DNA from: a virus
Taxonomy: Duplodnaviria > Heunggongvirae > Uroviricota > Caudoviricetes
Strand: one strand, 5' to 3'
Virus record (IMG/VR): IMGVR_UViG_3300044641_000519
DNA: 64,000 nt
Below, piece after piece: positions 1 to 9,300 of the stretch (positions are counted from its first letter, which is position 1; every line of letters starts with the position of its first letter). The position numbers and the translations under genes are program-made. A model generated the notes under the pieces. The model was not told the origin of the DNA and made no database searches. It saw only the letters and a program-made list of their open reading frames with translations.

Positions 1-7
1 CCTAGAT

Positions 8-481
8 GTGTTTCAACCTCCACTAGATGTAAATGAATGGTTACGCATACCTATGGGCTATACACTAGAGCTATCCTTCTACGAACAGTTTAGCAAACAC
101 GAAGACCAGTTTCTATTAGTACACGATCATAGCTCTAACATATTCACAGACAGTGATGTCAATGTGCTTAGATATGGGTTGTTTAACTGTGAGCTATTAT
201 ATAATGATGTTGTTCCAGAAGAGCCTGTTCTATTTATAATGAACGCATTGATATTAGAGGAATGGAAACATGTTGATGTTTATAAGAACAATGAACTAAC
301 ACAAACACAAATCTTAGGCAAAGGACACTATTGGTTCAATAGTTACAAATTAGATGGAGAAGAAATACGTGTAGAAGTATATGACATTGATAAAAAATAC
401 TTATTTTTGTCTAAGAAATTTACATTAACCAAAGAGAACCTACCTCTGTTCAAAGAAAAAGGAATAATTAAATCAAAATAA
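8..481 (+). CDS. hypothetical protein. It has a GTG start, and the frame is open to the window edge, so the N-terminus may lie upstream.
   Basis: 157-codon ORF packed immediately upstream of the methyltransferase/glycosyltransferase cassette; no recognisable motifs. Confidence 0.35.
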   Translation: MFQPPLDVNEWLRIPMGYTLELSFYEQFSKHEDQFLLVHDHSSNIFTDSDVNVLRYGLFNCELLYNDVVPEEPVLFIMNALILEEWKHVDVYKNNELTQTQILGKGHYWFNSYKLDGEEIRVEVYDIDKKYLFLSKKFTLTKENLPLFKEKGIIKSK

Positions 482-482
482 A

Positions 483-1034
483 ATGGCACATCAAGCAGAA
501 CAAGCATTTTGCAGACTTGTAAAACAAGTTTTTCCTGAGTATTTTAAGAATGTAAATGTCTGTGATATAGGTTCACTAGACTTAAATGGTAACAACCACT
601 ATCTATTTGAAGACTATTCTTACATTGGTGTAGATATTGGTAAGGGTAAGAATGTAAATGTTGTAAGTAAAGGACATGAATACAGACCTATAGATGGTAA
701 GAAATATGACACTGTTATAAGCACAGAAGTGTTTGAACATGATATGTATTGGAAAGAAACTATAATGAATGTTATAGAAAACCTATTAAGACCAGGAGGA
801 TTGTTTCTATTTACATGTGCTACAACAGGAAGACCAACTCATGGAACTAGTATATTTGATCCACAAGATAGTCCATTTACAATACAGGATGATGAGTGGG
901 CTGGATATTACATGAACGTTACAGAACTAGATGTAAGAGAAGCAATAAACTTAGATAAGTATTTTTCTGCACATCACTTCTATGTAGATGACAACAGCTG
1001 TGATTTATATTTCTGGGGACTATTAAAAAAATAA
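483..1034 (+). CDS. class I SAM-dependent methyltransferase (putative)
   Basis: Gly-rich motif-I-like VCDIGSLDLNGN and the post-II-like LRPGGLFLFTCATTGRP typical of Rossmann-fold methyltransferases; overlaps the upstream stop and is translationally coupled to the downstream GT. Confidence 0.5.
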   Translation: MAHQAEQAFCRLVKQVFPEYFKNVNVCDIGSLDLNGNNHYLFEDYSYIGVDIGKGKNVNVVSKGHEYRPIDGKKYDTVISTEVFEHDMYWKETIMNVIENLLRPGGLFLFTCATTGRPTHGTSIFDPQDSPFTIQDDEWAGYYMNVTELDVREAINLDKYFSAHHFYVDDNSCDLYFWGLLKK

Positions 1035-1035
1035 T

Positions 1036-1728
1036 ATGCAAACAATAGATGTAATCATACTTACAAATACTAAGACTGAAAAGAGTCTTAGAATGACTTT
1101 AAGAACTATATACACCTTACGTGATAGTGAGGTGGGGTATAAGTTCAATGTGCATTTAGTGGAGTCAGGAAACGATCATACAAAGGACTATCTTGAAACA
1201 AAGATGGTAGCCAATTACATTAAGCCCAATGAACCATTTAACTATAACAAGTTCATCAATATAGCTATGAACTATGTAACATCAGAGTGGGTTATTATAT
1301 CCAACAATGATGTAGGTTATGAGAAGAATTGGTTAACTGAGATGATGGTTGTTAGTAAAGAAAGACCAGACATACATTCTTTCTCTCCAAAAGATCCTGC
1401 ATTATACATCAAGTACTTTGATTGGCATTTTATAGATAGTCCATCTAAATATTTTGAAAGTTATATTGTACATGAAGCACTGATGGGTTGGTGTTTAGTT
1501 GTTAAGAAGGAAGCACTAGATAAGATAGGTCCTTTTGATGAACAGTTTGATATGTATTACCAAGACAATGACTATGCAAGAATGTTAATTAAACATGGTA
1601 TCAAGCATGCGTTAGTGAGAGATTCTATTGTCTGCCATTTGAGAACAGTAAATATAACCAAGCTCACTCCTGAAAGCATTAAGAAAATGGAAGAAGACAA
1701 AATTAAATTTGAAAGAAAATGGGAATAG
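1036..1728 (+). CDS. glycosyltransferase, family 2-like (GT-A fold), putative
   Basis: N-terminal IDVIILTNTK segment resembling the GT2 'SVIIPTYN' start, an acidic NND/QDNDY DxD-like motif, size ~230 aa; sits in the GT cassette. Confidence 0.45.
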   Translation: MQTIDVIILTNTKTEKSLRMTLRTIYTLRDSEVGYKFNVHLVESGNDHTKDYLETKMVANYIKPNEPFNYNKFINIAMNYVTSEWVIISNNDVGYEKNWLTEMMVVSKERPDIHSFSPKDPALYIKYFDWHFIDSPSKYFESYIVHEALMGWCLVVKKEALDKIGPFDEQFDMYYQDNDYARMLIKHGIKHALVRDSIVCHLRTVNITKLTPESIKKMEEDKIKFERKWE

Positions 1729-2726
1729 TACAAGTAGCCACAGGATTAATTACCATCCCACCAAATGGTTGGGGTGCTGTAGAAAGACTTATATGGGCAT
1801 ATAAACAAGGACTAGAACAGTTAGATGAAACTGTAGATATACAATACATCAATCATGTAGAGAACAAACCTGATCAGATTGTACATACACATCTAGCAAA
1901 CCTAGCTATTGACTGCAGAGATAGAAACATTCCTTATATATACTCATTACATGACCACCATACAGAATGGTATGGTAAGGATAGTTGGGTGTATAACCAG
2001 AATGTAGAAGCTATGAAAGGAAGTATTATATCCCTTACGCATGCAGAATACTTGGTTGATTACTTTGATACAGTGGATAAGCTATTCTATCTGCCACATG
2101 GTGCTGATATTGAATTCTTTACACCAGACCATAGTCCAAAATCACATGCATTATTAATGATAGCTAATAATGGACTTGGTGGTGATTCAGGGTTTGATAG
2201 AAAAGGATTTAGATATGGCATTGAAGCAGCTAAAGAATTAGGATTACCTATCACTATAGCTGGTCATCCTGATAATAATAAGTTCTTTGAGATACATTCT
2301 GATCTATTAGACTATCCAAAGTTAACTTTAAAGTTAACAAATCCTACAGACGAAGAGATGAGAGAACTCTATCACACCCATACTATATTCTTACATCCCT
2401 CCATGCTAGAAGCAGGACATCCTAATCTAACATTGATGGAAGCCACAGCATGTGCAGTTCCTATTGTAGGAACATATAAAGGAAGTAGACACATGGATGG
2501 TATGTGGGTGATTCCTAGTATTAGTACAGAACAAATGATTACAGGTATAAAAGAAACTATCAAAACCTACGAGCACAGAAGAAATGAGATGTTGAAAGCA
2601 CGTGACAGTAGAAGCTGGTTAGAAGTGTGCAAGATATTAAAGAAGTACTACGATAACGTTCGTAAGATAAATAAAGAGTACACATCAGACATAACAAAAC
2701 AATTATACATAGAAGCATATGTTTAA
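1719..2726 (+). CDS. glycosyltransferase, family 1/GT4-like (GT-B fold)
   Basis: C-terminal FLHPSMLEAGHPNLTLMEATACAVPIVGT matches the GT4 signature (...E-A-x-A-c-G-x-P-V-I...); overlaps the upstream gene by 10 nt. Confidence 0.65.
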   Translation: MGIVQVATGLITIPPNGWGAVERLIWAYKQGLEQLDETVDIQYINHVENKPDQIVHTHLANLAIDCRDRNIPYIYSLHDHHTEWYGKDSWVYNQNVEAMKGSIISLTHAEYLVDYFDTVDKLFYLPHGADIEFFTPDHSPKSHALLMIANNGLGGDSGFDRKGFRYGIEAAKELGLPITIAGHPDNNKFFEIHSDLLDYPKLTLKLTNPTDEEMRELYHTHTIFLHPSMLEAGHPNLTLMEATACAVPIVGTYKGSRHMDGMWVIPSISTEQMITGIKETIKTYEHRRNEMLKARDSRSWLEVCKILKKYYDNVRKINKEYTSDITKQLYIEAYV

Positions 2727-3780
2727 ATATAACTTGAATCTAGTTAATGAATTATTCTTTGAACTTACACACACTCCTGAGAACAAAGAGTATAAGATAG
2801 TATTTTTAGATAAGAAGAAAGAACTATACAGCACCATCCTTAAGAAAGGAATGTGGGCTAAGTATCCTCAAAGATATCTTACTAATTACTTTGTAGAGAT
2901 ATGGGATGGGGAGATATTGAAAGAAAGAATTAGCTTCATAGATCACATGAAAGATAAGCGTGTGTTTATATCTTTTGAATCTAGTTCATTAGGAGATAGC
3001 ATTGCTTGGATACCATACTGTCTAGAGTTCAAGAACATGTACCAATGCGATGTCATAGTATCTACATTTAAGAATGAACTGTTTGAATCTGTATATCCAG
3101 AACTTAAGTTTGTAGGCAGAGGTGTAACAGTAGATAACATTATAGCAATGCTTGAGCTAGGATGGTTTTGGGATAAGCTAAAAGAGCCTACACATCCTGC
3201 CACTATACCATTACAACAAGCAGCATCTAATATATTAAACCTAAAGCACAGAGAGATACAACCTAGGATAGCTTTCACTCCTAAAGAAAGACCTATACTA
3301 AATAAATACATCTGTATCTCTACTAGATCTACAGCTCAGTGTAAGCATTGGTATTATTGGAAAGAGTTAATTAGAGAGTTACAAGAGATGGGATATGCTG
3401 TATTTGAGATGTCACAAGAAGCTGATGACTTGGGTGCTGATAAACTAGAAGATAAATCACTAGAGAATGTGATGAACTATCTACACCATGCAGACCACTA
3501 CATTGGTTTGTCAAGTGGTATAAGCTGGCTCAATTGGGGAATAGAAAAGAAAGGAACAATGATTTCTAACTTCACAGAAGAAGGTCATGAGTTTCAAAGC
3601 AATTGTATACGTATAACTAATAAGAATGTATGTAATGGCTGTTGGAACAATCCTCTGTTTAAATTCAATAAGGGTGATTGGAACTGGTGTCCTGAAAATG
3701 AAAATAGCCCTAGACAGTTTGAATGTCATAAGGCTATTTCAATGGAAGATGTTTTACTTAGTTTTAAATCTCTTCTGTAG
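2719..3780 (+). CDS. putative glycosyltransferase (GT9/heptosyltransferase-like) with C-terminal Cys-rich tail
   Basis: HHADHYIGLSSGISWLNWGIEKKGTMISNF resembles the GT9 donor-binding 'G-x-D-S-G-x-x-H-l-A' region; C-terminus CNGCWNNPLFKFNKGDWNWCPENENSPRQFECH is Cys-rich. Confidence 0.35.
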   Translation: MFKYNLNLVNELFFELTHTPENKEYKIVFLDKKKELYSTILKKGMWAKYPQRYLTNYFVEIWDGEILKERISFIDHMKDKRVFISFESSSLGDSIAWIPYCLEFKNMYQCDVIVSTFKNELFESVYPELKFVGRGVTVDNIIAMLELGWFWDKLKEPTHPATIPLQQAASNILNLKHREIQPRIAFTPKERPILNKYICISTRSTAQCKHWYYWKELIRELQEMGYAVFEMSQEADDLGADKLEDKSLENVMNYLHHADHYIGLSSGISWLNWGIEKKGTMISNFTEEGHEFQSNCIRITNKNVCNGCWNNPLFKFNKGDWNWCPENENSPRQFECHKAISMEDVLLSFKSLL

Positions 3781-3952
3781 GAACTTCTATTGCTCCTTGA
3801 GACTTAGCTAGTTCTAATGCTACAGCTTCAATAAACTTCAATATATCATTGCCATACATTGTAGGCAATTTCTCATTAGCATAGTTCATTAATAGTTGAA
3901 CCTTTTCTGCAGTCAAAGAAGGAACTGGTAGTTGTTTTGTTTCTTGATTCAT
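3764..3952 (-). CDS. small hypothetical protein (last gene of the minus-strand fibre operon)
   Basis: 62-codon ORF whose 3' end overlaps the convergent GT gene by 17 nt. Confidence 0.3.
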   Translation of the reverse strand: MNQETKQLPVPSLTAEKVQLLMNYANEKLPTMYGNDILKFIEAVALELAKSQGAIEVPTEEI

Positions 3953-4006
3953 AATATATGATTTTTAACAAAGGTAAGTTAACTAAATTAATTACCAAAA
4001 TTTACT

Positions 4007-4405
4007 TTATTCAATAATTGTAGTTGTTGTTGTAGTGGTAGTAGGTTCTATAGGTGCCTCAGTTGTTGTAGTTGTAGTTGTAGGTTCTATAGGAGCTTCA
4101 GTTGTAGTGGTAGTTGTAATTGGAACAGGAGGCACATAATCACCTGTGATTGTTAGGTTAAGTTGAGCAGCTACCCAGTCCCAAGCATAAGAATCCACTT
4201 CCCATTGTGCGTAGGCTTCACCTGTCATATTAAGGTTGCCTTGAGCCACTTGAATACCTTGTGTGCCATCTTCATTCTCTGTAAATAAAGCATAGTAGAA
4301 TGTAGCACTTGTTCCTAAAGTTACATTTATGGCATAAGCATTTAATATCTTAGCCTCTAAGTTTTGTCCGTTGTCCCATATTGAGACTGGTTGAATTGTC
4401 TTCAT
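4007..4405 (-). CDS. hypothetical virion protein with tandem Thr-rich linker repeats
   Basis: C-terminus contains two copies of TTTTTT(T)EAPIEP encoded by a ~42-nt tandem DNA repeat. Confidence 0.45.
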   Translation of the reverse strand: MKTIQPVSIWDNGQNLEAKILNAYAINVTLGTSATFYYALFTENEDGTQGIQVAQGNLNMTGEAYAQWEVDSYAWDWVAAQLNLTITGDYVPPVPITTTTTTEAPIEPTTTTTTTEAPIEPTTTTTTTTIIE

Positions 4406-4432
4406 TTTTATTTGTTTTTATTTTTATTTTTA

Positions 4433-6115
4433 TTAGCATGTTCCGTCAAACATTTGAATAGAAACTGTACCTCCACCAGTTACAACTTGCCCAGCAAATG
4501 ATCTACTTGTTCCAGTTGCACTTACGCAAGTAAGATTAGAAGAAGTGTCTATAACCTCCACAGAGTCATTGCTTATATTTGTATAAGATACAACTATTGT
4601 TCTTGATGCCCCAGTTTGCGTTGTTGTTCCAGATGCACCATTACCAGCTGTTATTGGGAATACAACACCACTTACTTGCACACTATTAATGGTTATATCT
4701 GTAATTGATGTACCAGCAGTATTATTAGTAATATCAACAAAAGCAGGACCTGCCGCAGTTGTAGTGGTGGTAGTTGTTGGAGTGTTTAATAATGCTTTTC
4801 TATATATTTGGCTCCAAGCACGAGCTGTTGTAGCACTGACTAAAAAACCAGATCCTCCATTTATACTATAGTTAAACTGCCCTATATTGTTTAACATCAT
4901 GGCAATATAATTGTTTGTAATACCTGTAGTGATAGCTGTACCACCAGCTATAGCAACATTATTAGTATACCCATCACTTTGTGCAAAAGAAGTACCTGAA
5001 TTAAATGATGCTATAACTAAAGGTGAAAATGATGAAGGAGAGTAGAATGCTGTAGTTGTAACCTCATTTGTAGCCCCCACCATAACTTGCCCATTATCTG
5101 ATATAGTTGCAGAGGTAAATCCTACACGTCTTGTGCTAGCAAAATAACTAACTGTATTTGAATACCTTTCAGTAAAGCTAGAACCAAAATTGTTTGTAAC
5201 AAATGCTTTTACTCCTTGTGTTCCACCAAGACCTGGTTCAAGATAGTCAGTTGTTAAAAACTGATTTTGACCTGTTCCATCTAAGGCAATATCAAAAAAT
5301 CTTGAAAACTCGCTACCACCACTTCTTGTCCAAGTAGATCCATAGTTAGTTGAGTAAATTCTAAATGACCAAGGTCTTGGAGTATTAATCCCTCCTGGAT
5401 CTACTTCATAAGAATAAACAGCAGTCATATATTGACCATTACCTGATACAGATATTTTAAATGGATAATTGTTATACATATTAACATTCATAGAATCTGT
5501 ATATATAGTACCAAATGAAACACCATAATCTGATGATGCTACAAGTAAAGCCTGTTTGAGACCTCCTGCACTCAAAGTGTTTGTTAGACCTGCTATACCT
5601 ATATATTGTCCATTATTAGACATAGCTACACCTGTTGGATAAAGGGTGCCACCAAAAACTCCACTTATTAATTTTGCTGTGAATGTAGCTCCTCCATCAC
5701 TAGATAGATAAACTGTAAGACTTAATGAATTAGTAACAACAGCAATGTATGTTCCTGTACTATCTCCTGCTATTGCTGTCCAAGTATAAGCAGATGTTAA
5801 ACCTGATAAAGCTGTAAAAGTGTTTCCCCCATCTGTAGATTTATAAGCAGCTGTTCCTGCCACCCCATACATTACATATGGAGAGGTACTAGTAATTCCT
5901 GATAAATCTTCTCTAGTTACTAATTGATTTGATGCTTTGGCAGCATATGTAGGAAGTGCTGTATTTATATTTACATAAGTGTTAGCTTCAGTTTTTGTGA
6001 TTTGCTTAAGACTGCTTGGTATAGTTGTCTTAGCTGTAAAAAAACCTTGAGTAACACCACTTTGTAAGTTATTAAAACTAATGGTCTGATTTTGTTGTAA
6101 ATCACTATATGCCAT
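4433..6115 (-). CDS. BNR/Asp-box repeat protein (sialidase-like beta-propeller); putative glycan-binding or glycan-cleaving tail appendage
   Basis: Four S-x-D-x-G-x-T-W/F Asp-box matches (STDGGNTF, SSDGGATF, SSDYGVSF, STNYGSTW); poly-Thr linker (PTTTTTTTAAG) before a C-terminal domain; immediately downstream of the fibre genes. Confidence 0.55.
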   Translation of the reverse strand: MAYSDLQQNQTISFNNLQSGVTQGFFTAKTTIPSSLKQITKTEANTYVNINTALPTYAAKASNQLVTREDLSGITSTSPYVMYGVAGTAAYKSTDGGNTFTALSGLTSAYTWTAIAGDSTGTYIAVVTNSLSLTVYLSSDGGATFTAKLISGVFGGTLYPTGVAMSNNGQYIGIAGLTNTLSAGGLKQALLVASSDYGVSFGTIYTDSMNVNMYNNYPFKISVSGNGQYMTAVYSYEVDPGGINTPRPWSFRIYSTNYGSTWTRSGGSEFSRFFDIALDGTGQNQFLTTDYLEPGLGGTQGVKAFVTNNFGSSFTERYSNTVSYFASTRRVGFTSATISDNGQVMVGATNEVTTTAFYSPSSFSPLVIASFNSGTSFAQSDGYTNNVAIAGGTAITTGITNNYIAMMLNNIGQFNYSINGGSGFLVSATTARAWSQIYRKALLNTPTTTTTTTAAGPAFVDITNNTAGTSITDITINSVQVSGVVFPITAGNGASGTTTQTGASRTIVVSYTNISNDSVEVIDTSSNLTCVSATGTSRSFAGQVVTGGGTVSIQMFDGTC

Positions 6116-6116
6116 A

Positions 6117-6380
6117 TTATTTTAATTTAGCTTCTAATTCTTCAATACGTTTTTCCAAACTAGCAACCTTTGCCACTAACACTTGTGCGTAAGACAAAGA
6201 TAAGAAACCATCTTCACTTTCTATCACTGCACTTGGTAATATTTCTTGTAAGTCCTGTGCGTAGTAACCTAATTCTTCTTTACCATCTTTAATGTATAGC
6301 TTAGGCTTTACAGCTTCTATTCCACTAATTATAGGGTTATCACTTATCTCTTTCTTTAAACGCTTATCTGAACTTTCAAA
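6117..6380 (-). other. peptidase S74 / intramolecular chaperone domain of the 1972-aa fibre (predicted autocleavage at S|DKRLK)
   Basis: SDKRLK motif encoded near 6366-6385, followed by a coiled-coil C-terminus. Confidence 0.6.
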
Positions 6381-9300
6381 GAATGATGTAGCTGTGACTG
6401 ATGAACTAAATGTAGCAGCACCTGTTGAATAATTTAAGATTAATGGAAACCCATTTGTTCCAACTGAATAAAATCCAAAATTATCTGAATTTTCATAAAT
6501 TCCTGTAAACCATCTTTGTACATTTACGCTACTATAATTTACTCCAGCTGAAGCAACTGATGTTCCTCTATTTGAATTTAAAGTTGCGTAAGTAGTACCA
6601 TTTATATTAACTCCATTATTAGTACCATAAGCACCACTAAATGAAGCAATACCACTTACTTGTAACTTTTGACCTGTGTCTGTTGCAGTTCCTATTAATA
6701 CATTACCACCGCTTGTGATACGCATACGTTCTGCGCTATTCGTTCCTAATACTAAAGGAATTGCTTGTGTTGTAACCATACCCATTGAGGTACTATCGGT
6801 AGCTATATAACCATATCTTGTACTTTGAGCATTATTCCAAAACTCCATTTGTCCTACACTATCAGCTGCTCTACCTCTTAATCTTAAATTTATTGCAGTA
6901 CTATTGTCGGCAACTACATCTAAAGGTGAACTTGGACTACTCGTTCCTATCCCTACATTTCCAGCATTAGTAATTGTAACCTTAACAGTATCATTAGTAG
7001 TAAATACAACATCTTTTGCACCAATACTACCAAAGTAAACTTTGTCTGCTAAAGCATCGCCTGTACTTGCATTTGCAAAACCAAAATGTGCAACAAGCGT
7101 CCCTGCATTATTTAGCAAATGTGTGCCTGAGTAACCACTTGCAGACTGATTGTATAATGACAATACTGCTGCTGCACTAGCATTTCTTACTACTGATAAT
7201 TTATATGAACCAACAGATGTAGTTCCAATTCCTACATTTGTGCCATCATCATAAATAACACTATTACCTAAAGATGTAGAACCTGTCCATTTTGAAATAT
7301 AATTGGTAGTACCACTACCTGTTACACCACTTCCACCACCTCCTCCAATAGTTACACCATTAATTTGGAATACACCATTAATGTTTACGTTACCATTAAC
7401 TTGTAAAGCTCCTCCACCTGTAATACCTGCAGTATTAATTAATACTTGGCTAGCTTGATTAATAGTCATTACAGTAGTTAAAATACTACTTTGTAATGTC
7501 TTAAAATATAAAACTCCACCAGTTCCTGCAAATTTACTTCCTTGTATTTGTGCTTTTGTTTGACCAATATCAGCCTTAAAGTTTAAAAAAGTATCACCTG
7601 CACTATTATCACCAGAGATGCTTAATGTAGCATTTGTTGTAGGTCCACCTACTATTACTTCACCACCGCTTGTGATTCTCATTCGTTCGGTAGGTCCAGT
7701 GTTGTTAGTTGCAGAAGTTGAAAATGTTAAATATCCATTACCTGATTCACTATATAAACTAATTACACTTGCCGCCTTTCCTGTATTGCTAAATGTTCCG
7801 TTAATTGGATTTCTTACATTTGATATTACCATTACATCAGCAGTAGCAATTGTAGCTACATAACCACCATAAGCAGAAGTTCCTGTTCTAAGCATTGCTC
7901 CACTTGTTCCATCAACTTGAAGTGTATTAAAGTTTGATACTGATTCTGGACTACTCGTTCCTATTCCAACGTTACCACCATTTGTAATACGCATTCTTTC
8001 GTTAAAAGATATAGCTGAACCTGCAGTTCCAGAAGCAGCAGTGAACCATCTAAATATACCTTCACCAGCATCGTAATTAGTAGACGCACCTGTTCTTGCA
8101 TAAATCCAACCTGATGCTCCATAATATGCGTTCGCACTTATAACTGGACCTCCACCACTACCAGAAAATAAAGCATCACCAACTCTACCAATTTCAATTG
8201 AAGTATATATACCACCACTAATCCAAGCACTTGGTACTACTCCGATTCCAACGTTACCACCGCTTGTGATAACAAGTTCATCATTACCAGAACCATTATA
8301 GTTCATTCTGTAACTATTGTCGCTATTAGTATAAATATCCCATCTATTTGTATTAGTTGAAATATCATATAAAGCTAAATAACCTCCTGCTCTTGCATTA
8401 ATAGCACCATTTGCCGTTACACTACTTGAGAATGTAGCAGCACCACCATTACCAATAGTCACTAAATCAGTTCCACCTGTACCTGTAATATTTATTGAAG
8501 CATCTGATGCTTTGTAATATATTGTTCTTGGACTACCACTTGCATTAGTTGCTAATGTTAATATGGCATTACTACCAGAACCTAAACTACCAATAGTTAA
8601 TCCATTTACTGCCGTTACACTACCACCAAATGTTCCATTTCCACTTGCAGCAAAATCACCATTACTACCACCTGTAGCTGATATATTAACTCCTGGTGTA
8701 CAAACGTGAGTTAATGTAGAACCTGTTTGAGCTGACCCTCCAAATGTAACTGTTTCATTGTTTAAAGGATACACCTCAACATTCATTGTACAGACATTAG
8801 GAGAATTGCTAGTTGCTGAAACTGAAAAGTTTTCATCATTATTACTTATAACTCTTAAAGTTAATAATGTGTAAATACCTGCTTGAGAGGTGATTAAAAT
8901 ATCTTGAAAATGATTAACTAATATATCAGCTGTTACGTTGATAACTACACTTCCAGTAGTGCCTTGTAATGTCATTCTAACAGCAGATGCTAAAGAATTA
9001 CCTGTTACATTACAAACCACTGTATATCCTGCATTACTTACATTAGCTGTAGAAACATATCTTTTAACAGCTCTTTCAAGTGAGCTTGAATTAAAGTAAT
9101 AATCTGTAGCACTTACAGTGCTTGAGAATGTAGCAGATCTATCAGTAGCAATAGATAATGCAGTTGTAAATGTATTAGAAGTGGCTATGTCAGCCCCACC
9201 TGAAACTCTTATAGTAAAAGGGACTGATGCAAATCCTAAAAAAGGATTCTGTCCTCCTATTTTTACAAACCCTAATCTTGGAACTGCTTGTGCATCTGTT

